Shown here: positions 23,976 to 31,870 of the stretch, one piece after another
Position numbering within the stretch: position 1 is the first letter of the stretch
Layout: each line of letters begins with the position of its first letter
From: a virus
Lineage: Duplodnaviria; Caudoviricetes
IMG/VR virus record: IMGVR_UViG_3300033067_001409
Coordinates: 1-34,546 of that record
DNA: 34,546 bases
Strand: one strand, 5' to 3'
Made by a program: the position numbers and the translations under genes
The notes under the pieces: generated by a model
The model's input: the letters and a program-made list of their open reading frames with translations, nothing else
Told to the model about the DNA's origin: nothing
Database searches by the model: none

Positions 23976-24488
23976 ATGGCGACGGTTTCGGAATTTAATG
24001 AAAATCTAAAGGTCGATTTTGGTGATGGCACCACGATTGTACTGAAAAAGCCCAACCGGGCAGTACTTGGACAAATGCTTGCAGCCACCCGACGCGACCC
24101 ACTGGGCGCAGCGGATGTGATCCTATCACAGTGTATAGTAGAGGGCGATAAGCGCATCAAAGAGAATACTGGTTATTGTCACCAGCTCCTGAAAGTCATG
24201 GATGAACTGTTTAACAAACAGGTTTGCCTAATTGATTTTACAGGGGGTAATGCGGAGATACTTTTCGCCGACGACTTGAAGTGTACCCTTCGCCCGGCCA
24301 CACGAAGCGAATACAGCGCCGCCCAGGCTGCCTCACGAATTAACCCACTGCGATACATTGAAGATCTGCTTCGAAAGTGTTGGATCGAAGGAGATGAGGA
24401 AATCAAAGCAAGCTCCGGGCACCTGCTGGGACTTGCTGAGGTAATGGATGAATTTGTAAGCTACACGGGCGAGAAACTAAAAAACTGA
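23976..24488 (+). CDS. Tail assembly chaperone (G form)
   Basis: Between tube and tape measure; ends CTA AAA AAC TGA. Confidence 0.82.
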   Translation: MATVSEFNENLKVDFGDGTTIVLKKPNRAVLGQMLAATRRDPLGAADVILSQCIVEGDKRIKENTGYCHQLLKVMDELFNKQVCLIDFTGGNAEILFADDLKCTLRPATRSEYSAAQAASRINPLRYIEDLLRKCWIEGDEEIKASSGHLLGLAEVMDEFVSYTGEKLKN

Positions 24489-24655
24489 TAAACGGGGTAG
24501 AAGGCAGCCCCGAGGAAAACGAAGTAGAGTACTACAACACGCTACTGCAATACTATCTCCACATTGCCGATCCGGAGTCTCTCACGGATGATGTGTGGGC
24601 CTTGAAGATCAAACAACTGGAACACATCCGCAAAGCTGAAAAACAAGCAAAATGA
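24479..24655 (+). CDS. Tail chaperone -1 frameshift extension (GT form, ~226 aa in total)
   Basis: Heptamer A AAA AAC (24479-24485); the -1 frame is open for 56 codons (LINGVEGSPEENEVEYYNTLLQYYLHIADPESLTDDVWALKIKQLEHIRKAEKQAK) to a TGA overlapping the tape measure ATG. Confidence 0.85.
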   Translation, partial: KKLINGVEGSPEENEVEYYNTLLQYYLHIADPESLTDDVWALKIKQLEHIRKAEKQAK

Positions 24656-26307
24656 CCGGATTCAATTACCTCATAAACCTGACCGTTCTCAATGGCGGTG
24701 CATTCGGAAAGCTGGCCTCCATGGCTGGCGGGTTCGAAAACTCGCTTGATCGGGTGCAGGGAGAGGTAGGCCAGACCCAAACTAAACTCAATAACCTGGG
24801 TAGTACCGGACGCAGCGTCTTTAGCGGCTTGCGCTCGTCAGTGATGGGCTGGGTGGCCGGTCTTGGCATTGCAGCTGCTACTTTGGGCAGTCTCAATACA
24901 ACTGCCAATATTTCGAGCCTGGATACGGCTATCACCTTCGCAGGTGGTGCAGAAGGCGCGGCAAACCTTGCTTACGTCGAGCAGACCGCCGCAAGGCTTA
25001 ACACACCGCTGATGGCAGCTAAGGAGGGATTTAAAACCCTTACTGGCTCCATGATCGGCACGAATATCACCGCCATTCAGCAGCGTGACATATTTGATTC
25101 TGTAGCGGTGGCTTCCAGGGTGATGGGATTAAGTGCAGACAACACGACCGGGGCGATCCTTGCCTTAGGCCAAATGGCCAGCAAGGGCAAGGTGCAGGCG
25201 GAGGAGTTGCGTGGCCAGTTGGGCGAGCGTATACCAGGAGCGTTTGGGATCGCGGCCCGTGCCATGGGTGTGACCACTTCTGAGCTTAACAAGATGATGG
25301 AGCAAGGGCAGGTGGTAGCGGAGGATTTCCTGCCAAAATTCGCGGCAGAAATGCAGCGCACTTTTGGACCAGGTCTCGAGGCCGCGATGAATACACCTCG
25401 GGCACAGTTCGACAAGTTTGGAAACTCAATTCTAAACCTGAAAGAATTGGTGGGCACTCAATTGATGCCAACGGCCACTGCGCTAATCAATGATGTATTT
25501 ATTCCAATGGTCGACTGGATCGGTAAAAACATCAACATGCTTGGGTTCCTGGCCACTACCATAGGTGGAGTCTGGGCAGCTACAAAAATTTACAACATCA
25601 CTGCCGGCATTGCGGCACTTATGACGGGTGGGCTTACGGGCGCGGTTAACGCGCTTAGCGTCGCTTTCTATGCCAACCCGATAGGATTTATCATTGGTGC
25701 TATCATCGCAGTAGGAGCTGCAGTGATATACGCCTGGAACAAGTTTGAAGGCTTTCGCGGCTTTTTGTTCTCCATGTGGGCAATTATGAAAGAAACGGCC
25801 AACATCGTGTATGACTACCTGATCGCTCCGATGATGGCGTTTGGGAAAACGCTCCTGGGCACCTTGACTTTTAATCCAGCCATGATCGTGGAGGGATTCC
25901 AGGAAGGCGTCGCAGCCATGCAAAAGATCATTGATGGCCCAAGTATCAGCGACCGCCTATCCAATGCCATGAATACAGGCTGGAATGATGGAGTAGCCAA
26001 TTTCAAAGGCGGAACGGCTGCTGACAAACTATCGGGCGCAGCCAACCCTGCTGGAGCTTTAGGAGGCGCTGCATTCTCCGCACCTGGTGCAGGAGATGGT
26101 AAGGATAAAAGTAAAGCCAGCGAAATCAGTAACAGCATCACTGGCGGTGGCCAGCGCAACGTGACTATCAATGTAGGCAAGCTGAATGAAGGCGGCATAA
26201 CGATCAACACCACCAACCTCAAAGAGGGATCCACAGAGGTGGAGGCGATGCTGATGAAACTCATGCTCCAGGTGGTTAACTCTGGCAACCAACAACAAGG
26301 TAAATAA
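24652..26307 (+). CDS. Tape measure protein
   Basis: ALGQMASKGKVQAEELRGQLGERIPGA tape-measure domain; ANPIG hydrophobic region. Confidence 0.92.
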   Translation: MTGFNYLINLTVLNGGAFGKLASMAGGFENSLDRVQGEVGQTQTKLNNLGSTGRSVFSGLRSSVMGWVAGLGIAAATLGSLNTTANISSLDTAITFAGGAEGAANLAYVEQTAARLNTPLMAAKEGFKTLTGSMIGTNITAIQQRDIFDSVAVASRVMGLSADNTTGAILALGQMASKGKVQAEELRGQLGERIPGAFGIAARAMGVTTSELNKMMEQGQVVAEDFLPKFAAEMQRTFGPGLEAAMNTPRAQFDKFGNSILNLKELVGTQLMPTATALINDVFIPMVDWIGKNINMLGFLATTIGGVWAATKIYNITAGIAALMTGGLTGAVNALSVAFYANPIGFIIGAIIAVGAAVIYAWNKFEGFRGFLFSMWAIMKETANIVYDYLIAPMMAFGKTLLGTLTFNPAMIVEGFQEGVAAMQKIIDGPSISDRLSNAMNTGWNDGVANFKGGTAADKLSGAANPAGALGGAAFSAPGAGDGKDKSKASEISNSITGGGQRNVTINVGKLNEGGITINTTNLKEGSTEVEAMLMKLMLQVVNSGNQQQGK

Positions 26308-26915
26308 TGGCACAGATCAATTTTGACATAGGCACATTATTCAACCAGGCATTTGGGTTTGGCCGGGGCAAGCCTTTTGATCCAAGTCAGATCCAGGAGC
26401 CTGAGATCCGCAATGAGCTGGACTTTGATGATCTGCCCATTTCGAGCGACGAGGAAGGAACGGAGTTCGTCCAGGTACGCAATAGCCTTAATGCTACCAT
26501 GGCAGATGGCCGTACCATTTTCATGCCTATGCGCCTGGGTGGTGTGATCCTGCCAAACGAGCCAAGTATCAGCATCTCCAGCCGGAAGAATATTGTGGAA
26601 ACGGCACTGGCTGGTAGCACCAGGAGAGGCACCGTAAAGGAACTGATCAGTATTGAAGATTGGCAAGTCACCATTCGTGGTATTGCGATAAACACCAAAA
26701 GCAAACTGGTTTATCCTGAGGACACTGTAAAAGGCCTCCGGGATCTATATGAGAAAAATGAAGCACTGGAAGTCATGTGCGCACTGACCAACCTGCTGGG
26801 CATTTACAGGCTGGTGATCACTGGCTTTGAGCTTCCGGAAATGATCGGGATCCAACACGCCCAGGCGTATCAGTTCACCTGTGTCTCTGACGAGGACTTT
26901 TTACTTGAATTGTAA
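26307..26915 (+). CDS. Tail tube initiator / DUF6046-like protein
   Basis: KNIVET.LAG..RGTVKELIS.EDW.V.IRG...SDE. Confidence 0.72.
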   Translation: MAQINFDIGTLFNQAFGFGRGKPFDPSQIQEPEIRNELDFDDLPISSDEEGTEFVQVRNSLNATMADGRTIFMPMRLGGVILPNEPSISISSRKNIVETALAGSTRRGTVKELISIEDWQVTIRGIAINTKSKLVYPEDTVKGLRDLYEKNEALEVMCALTNLLGIYRLVITGFELPEMIGIQHAQAYQFTCVSDEDFLLEL

Positions 26916-27886
26916 TGTACGTCCTGACTGCTGACATACAAATAGCCGGAAAGAAGTTCACCCGAGTGAACTCGGTGAAAATAGAGTCCTCGGCAAAAGT
27001 GCTGGAGGATATGGCTACCATCACCATCCCGGCCACGGCAAGGATGGAACGCGAAGGGGAGTTTGTGAGCGAGGTGGAGACCGCAAAGGCCTTCAAAGTG
27101 GGTGACGAAGTGGTGATAAACCTGGGATATGATGACGATTTAAAGGAAGAATTTAGGGGTTTTGTGAGCAAGATAAAGCCGGGAACACCCCTTGAAATTG
27201 AGTGCATTGATTCAACCTGGTTGCTGAGGCGCAAAAACTGCAAAGGCAGTTTCAAAGCTACGACGCTGAAAAAGTTGCTTGAATTCATCTTAAAAGATAC
27301 CGGGATCTCCCTTGATGGCGAAATTCCGGGCATTGAATTCAAGACCTATTACCTGAAGAACGTGACTGCAGCATCGGCCATACAGGAACTCAAAGAACGC
27401 TACGGGCTGACCCTATACATGGCCAACACGAAGTTGCGAGTAGGGCTTACCAGCTTCACCGACAAAAAGGTGGTGAAGTACGGACTCGGGGAAAACGTGA
27501 TCGATAATGACCTGGAGTGGGTGAACGAGGAAGACGTTCGCATCAAGGTAAAGGCCGTCCACATATTGAAAAACAACACCAAAGTGGAAAAAGAGTACGG
27601 GGATGCAGACGGTGAATTGCGGACGGTCTATTTCTACGATCTGGACAAAGGGGCTGATTTGGAAAGGATGGCCTTGGCTGAAGCTGCCAAATACAAGTTT
27701 ACCGGATACGAGGGAGGTCTGACCACATTCCTTGTACCATTCGCTCAGGTGGGCAATGTAGCAAGGATCAGTGACAAGCAGTTTGGCGAGCGGGCGGGTG
27801 ATCACCTGGTGGACAAAGTGACCACGACCTACGGCACGAACGGTGCCAGACGGAAAATAGAACTCGGAATCAAAGTGAAAGTATGA
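26915..27886 (+). CDS. Baseplate hub (late control D / Mu gp44-like)
   Basis: V.INLGY...EFRGFV...IECID; GYEGGLTTF; YG..GARRKIELG. Confidence 0.82.
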   Translation: MYVLTADIQIAGKKFTRVNSVKIESSAKVLEDMATITIPATARMEREGEFVSEVETAKAFKVGDEVVINLGYDDDLKEEFRGFVSKIKPGTPLEIECIDSTWLLRRKNCKGSFKATTLKKLLEFILKDTGISLDGEIPGIEFKTYYLKNVTAASAIQELKERYGLTLYMANTKLRVGLTSFTDKKVVKYGLGENVIDNDLEWVNEEDVRIKVKAVHILKNNTKVEKEYGDADGELRTVYFYDLDKGADLERMALAEAAKYKFTGYEGGLTTFLVPFAQVGNVARISDKQFGERAGDHLVDKVTTTYGTNGARRKIELGIKVKV

Positions 27887-28440
27887 GCGACCCGAAACAA
27901 GAACTTCAAAGTGCCCTGCACCTATTTGTGGCAAATCGCCAAACGGTGACGGTATTCCCGGCACAGGTCAAGTCGGTCAATGAATCTGACTTGACCTGTG
28001 ATGTTGAAAGTTCGGACGAGCTTGAAATATTCGATGTTCGGTTGAGGGCCACTGTGGACGGAAATGATGATGGATTTGTGCTGATCCCCACGGTAGGTAG
28101 TTGGGTTTTGGTAGGCAACATCGGCAACAGCCAGGGAGAGTATGCGGTGCTGGCCACCAGCGAAACGACGAAGGCGGCATTCAAAGTTGGGCAAAGCACC
28201 TGGTTGATTGACGCAGATATGATTGCAGCACAGCGCGGGCAAACGGCAGTGAAGGTGGAAAGTGATGGAGTACGCATCGAGCGGAACAGCGTGAGTTTGA
28301 AAACGGCCATTGACAGCCTTATTGACCAAATCAAGCTAATCACGGTGACTTGTGCCGCACCAGGTAGCCCAAGCACACCACCGCTTAACCTGGCGGCATT
28401 TGACGCAATCAAAACACAGATTGACAGCATATTAAAATGA
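27883..28440 (+). CDS. Baseplate spike (gp45/V-like)
   Basis: OB-fold N-terminus (AQVKSV...CDV...DVRL...PTVGSWVLV) followed by beta repeats. Confidence 0.75.
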   Translation: MSDPKQELQSALHLFVANRQTVTVFPAQVKSVNESDLTCDVESSDELEIFDVRLRATVDGNDDGFVLIPTVGSWVLVGNIGNSQGEYAVLATSETTKAAFKVGQSTWLIDADMIAAQRGQTAVKVESDGVRIERNSVSLKTAIDSLIDQIKLITVTCAAPGSPSTPPLNLAAFDAIKTQIDSILK

Positions 28441-28724
28441 ACGACTTGATACTCGATACTGACTATGATCTGAAGATCGCCAATGGTGATTTTGTTGCTG
28501 GCGAAAGCACCCAGCAGCATCAGGCATTGTTGATATTGATCGAAAAGGGCGAGTTGAGGGAGTTTCCGACACGTGGAGTGGGGGTGCAGAGCTGGCTCAT
28601 AGATGATGTGAATTTTGGGGACCTCAATGCTGAGGTCAAACGGCAATTTGAACTTGACGGGATGAAAGTACTGTCGCTGAAGGGCAAAAACGCAAACCTT
28701 CAAATCGAGGCCTACTATGAGTAA
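28437..28724 (+). CDS. Baseplate wedge subunit (gp25/gp46-like)
   Basis: DL.I.NGDF..GES..QH...KGE.REFP..GVG. Confidence 0.72.
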   Translation: MNDLILDTDYDLKIANGDFVAGESTQQHQALLILIEKGELREFPTRGVGVQSWLIDDVNFGDLNAEVKRQFELDGMKVLSLKGKNANLQIEAYYE

Positions 28725-28995
28725 TGTAATTGTAAAGCCTGGACAGACCCTGGCGGACATTGCAATTCAGTCTTGCGGTGGAATCGGCGCCTGGCCCGAG
28801 CTGGCGTCACTGAATGGCCTGGGGATGACAGCGGATTTGATTGGAGGGCAGGTGCTAAAGCTGCCCGACCCGGTGGATAAGCGGACTGTAGCAGTATTCA
28901 AAACCGGGGAATATTTCCCGGCAGCTGGCCAGATCATTCCTTACGGAGATGGCATTGGTTGGTGGATCATTCAAAACGACTTTATTGTACAATAA
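28717..28995 (+). CDS. LysM-domain baseplate protein (tail X-like)
   Basis: VKPGQTLADIAIQ..G...LASLNGL...L.GGQVLKLP. Confidence 0.82.
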   Translation: MSNVIVKPGQTLADIAIQSCGGIGAWPELASLNGLGMTADLIGGQVLKLPDPVDKRTVAVFKTGEYFPAAGQIIPYGDGIGWWIIQNDFIVQ

Positions 28996-29831
28996 TGGCA
29001 CGACCGATTTCAGAAATACAGGCGGAGATCATTGCAAGTATGCAAGCCGACACCACGCTTAGTGCTTTAACCAGCACTAGCGCAACTGCTATTTGGAGGC
29101 TGTTGACCTATATCGTGGCGGTGGCAATATGGTCGCACGAGTCACTTTGGGATCTATTCAAGGTTGAAGTCACGGAACTGGCTGCTGATCTTAAACCGCA
29201 CACATTGCGATGGTATCGAAACAAAGCCTTGGCCTATCAACATGGCGCTACGCTTGTGGATGGAGAGGACTACTATGACAATACTGGTGTTGCGGTAGAT
29301 GTAATCGAAGGGCAAAAGATTGTCAAACAATCTGCAGCCACAGAAACCACGGATGGACTGCTGACCATCAAGGTCGCCAAAGAAGTAGCCGGGGATCTGG
29401 TCCCACTTTCCCTCGGAGAAAGGGTTGCAGTGGCCGCGTACTTTGGAGAAATCAAGGATGCTGGAGTAGTCGTAAACGTTCGAAGCGTCAATGCAGACCG
29501 CTTGAAAATAGAGGTCGATGTTTATTACGATCCAATGATACTAAGTTCCACCGGGACCCGCCTGGATGGAACGGCAACTACTCCTGTTCAGGATGCTGCT
29601 AAAAAATACCTTAGAAACCTGCCATTTAATGGTGAGTTTGTCAAGGCCCGGCTTGTGGACGCGATGCAAACCGTCGAAGGGGTGAATGTTCCTGAATTAA
29701 GGCTTTGTCAGGCTCGTCGTGACGACGATCCAAGTTATGGCAATGTGGATGTGTTCTATAACCCCTTTTCAGGATACCTGAAGTTTTACACTGAAAATAC
29801 TGACCTGGTACTCAACTTCATTGCAGACTAA
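28995..29831 (+). CDS. Baseplate J-like wedge protein
   Basis: STSATAIWRL, PHTLRWY, IKDAGV, L.FNG...LVDA.Q.VEGV. Confidence 0.8.
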   Translation: MARPISEIQAEIIASMQADTTLSALTSTSATAIWRLLTYIVAVAIWSHESLWDLFKVEVTELAADLKPHTLRWYRNKALAYQHGATLVDGEDYYDNTGVAVDVIEGQKIVKQSAATETTDGLLTIKVAKEVAGDLVPLSLGERVAVAAYFGEIKDAGVVVNVRSVNADRLKIEVDVYYDPMILSSTGTRLDGTATTPVQDAAKKYLRNLPFNGEFVKARLVDAMQTVEGVNVPELRLCQARRDDDPSYGNVDVFYNPFSGYLKFYTENTDLVLNFIAD

Positions 29832-30280
29832 TGTACGCACTCGAGATTAATACATTGATCAACTGGATGTTGCCATCTGCTATTCGTAAGGTGGTGCTGG
29901 TGCATTTGCTCAATGGGCTCCTTTGGCCTGTTCGGAAGTTGAATGAAGTCTTTGTACTTTATGTTGATCGCACCAGGTATAATTTAAAAATAACGGGTCA
30001 AGTGAGATCCTTAGAATTCCATTTAAACCGTGTGTTTTCGCCCTTAGCGAACAACATCTATATCACAGATTCGGTGACAGGTACAAAGCTTTTCATTTTT
30101 CTGGAAAGCGAAAACCAACCGCTTTACCTGCCCAAATTTATTAGCGGAACCAGCACTGAATTTACCGTTCATCTGCCCAATAGTTTACCGCCTGAAGAGG
30201 AGGCAATCCGGGCATTTTTGAATACATACAAACTGCCAACCAAAAACTACGAACTCCTTTACGACATCATTGTAATGTAA
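29831..30280 (+). CDS. Baseplate wedge protein (P2 I / gp48-like)
   Basis: LPSAIRK...TGQV.SLE..LN..F; position after J. Confidence 0.7.
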   Translation: MYALEINTLINWMLPSAIRKVVLVHLLNGLLWPVRKLNEVFVLYVDRTRYNLKITGQVRSLEFHLNRVFSPLANNIYITDSVTGTKLFIFLESENQPLYLPKFISGTSTEFTVHLPNSLPPEEEAIRAFLNTYKLPTKNYELLYDIIVM

Positions 30281-31410
30281 TGAATAAAGCAGATTTTAAT
30301 ACACAGCCTAACGGCTTCCCATTGGAGTCCGATGCAACGCTAGGTTTCATGCAGTCCGCATACACGGATGGCCTGAATGGTATTGGCAAATGGTTTGGTG
30401 AACTGGTCATTGTTTCCGGGGTAGTTCAAACCGGTGGAAGCGTGTCAGACGGTTGGATCATGGTCAATGGCGAGCTTATGTTTTTCCAGGGAGGAACGGT
30501 AGCGACCAACTTCTTTGTTGAAGAAGTAACGGTTTCAAAGGCCAACCAAAACGGAAGCCTGGTGCCACGGTACTTCACACGTAAGGCAAAATTTGGCACC
30601 GGGGCTATACAGTTCCCATTTGCCAATTTACAGCGCATTGAGTCTATTCAGAATTTGCAGAACCGGCTGCTTGATGCTGTAACATTTGAGCCCGAAGTGA
30701 TCATGCAAGGCTGCGTGGTGAGCAATGTGCTTACCGGCCCGTCTACCTGTGACATCAGCGCAGGCGCGGCGGTGATCAACCGGAAGTTTATCGCAGCTCC
30801 AGCCTATTCCGGAGGATACCCGGTGTATCTGAAAGAAGACGGCACCTGGACAAATACGGTTCCAGCAAGCAACTTTATTACATTTAATCCCTATTCCTCC
30901 CAACGCATCGCGGATGTAATTGCACGTGCCGCTGCACCGATTGGCGATGTAAGAATGCGGGCAACGCTTAGCGCAAATTTTGACGGTACAGGGCTGGGCA
31001 AATGGGATCTCAAAGGTTGGGCGCTTTGCAACGGATCCAATGGAACCTTTGACATGCGGAGCCGCTTCGCAGTTGCTTATGATGGTCGGATCTCGGACCC
31101 GGGTGGCAACCTGTGGGACGTGAACTACAATACACCAGGTAATTCTGGCGGGGAAAAGCTTCATACGCTGTCGATCGCAGAAATGCCAGCCCACAGACAC
31201 ACGAATGATATCATCGCTGCAGGTGATACTGGAATGCTGAAAAAGAGTGAGGTCAGTCAACCTGACACGCCCACAGCATTTGACACAATCAATTCCGGCG
31301 ACGAGGTGAACATTCGGGACGCACCTGTTGCCATGGATTTAGCGGGCGGTGATACAGCTCACGAAAACCGGCCACCATACCGGGTATTAGTTTACATCCA
31401 AAGAATATAA
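30280..31410 (+). CDS. Tail fibre / collar-domain protein
   Basis: GWALCNG.NGT.DMR.RF, GGEK.HTLS..EMPAH.H, HENRPPY.VL.YI. Confidence 0.85.
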   Translation: MNKADFNTQPNGFPLESDATLGFMQSAYTDGLNGIGKWFGELVIVSGVVQTGGSVSDGWIMVNGELMFFQGGTVATNFFVEEVTVSKANQNGSLVPRYFTRKAKFGTGAIQFPFANLQRIESIQNLQNRLLDAVTFEPEVIMQGCVVSNVLTGPSTCDISAGAAVINRKFIAAPAYSGGYPVYLKEDGTWTNTVPASNFITFNPYSSQRIADVIARAAAPIGDVRMRATLSANFDGTGLGKWDLKGWALCNGSNGTFDMRSRFAVAYDGRISDPGGNLWDVNYNTPGNSGGEKLHTLSIAEMPAHRHTNDIIAAGDTGMLKKSEVSQPDTPTAFDTINSGDEVNIRDAPVAMDLAGGDTAHENRPPYRVLVYIQRI

Positions 31411-31414
31411 CATC

Positions 31415-31870
31415 ATGGCACTACAGACCATTGGTACAATCAAAGGCTGGTTTTTGACTGGCTTAAAACCATTGCAGTCGCAATTCCATGACTGGATGGA
31501 CAGCTATTGGCACAAGAATGAAAGCATCCCACAAGCCTCAATAACTGGATTGTCAACCAGCTTGAATGACAAGGCTGATTCATCTGCAGTGGTGGATCTG
31601 ACTCCGGTGATGCTAAATGGAACTTCGGCTACCACCAGTCACTCCATGGCTGGTGGTAAGATCCTTCATAAGGTGAGAATCAAAAGCACCTCAGCACTCA
31701 CTGTGTTCAAAATCGGTACTACCGTTGGTGGCGACGAAATATTACCAGCAGAGGTCATTGCAGCAAATACAGCGGGGATCTACACGCTTGATTTTGACCT
31801 GGAAAGTGCTACAACACTTTACTTCGATGGCCTTGCTGGCACCTGGACTATTAAAATCGTTTTTCAATGA
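31415..31870 (+). CDS. Tail fibre anchor/adaptor-like protein
   Basis: IKGWFLTGLKPLQSQFHDWMDSYWHK N-terminal motif followed by a short beta domain. Confidence 0.7.
   Translation: MALQTIGTIKGWFLTGLKPLQSQFHDWMDSYWHKNESIPQASITGLSTSLNDKADSSAVVDLTPVMLNGTSATTSHSMAGGKILHKVRIKSTSALTVFKIGTTVGGDEILPAEVIAANTAGIYTLDFDLESATTLYFDGLAGTWTIKIVFQ

Noticed and set aside
27906-28760. 284-aa minus-strand ORF and similar antisense ORFs throughout the window
   Set aside because: Shadows of well-supported genes on the other strand.
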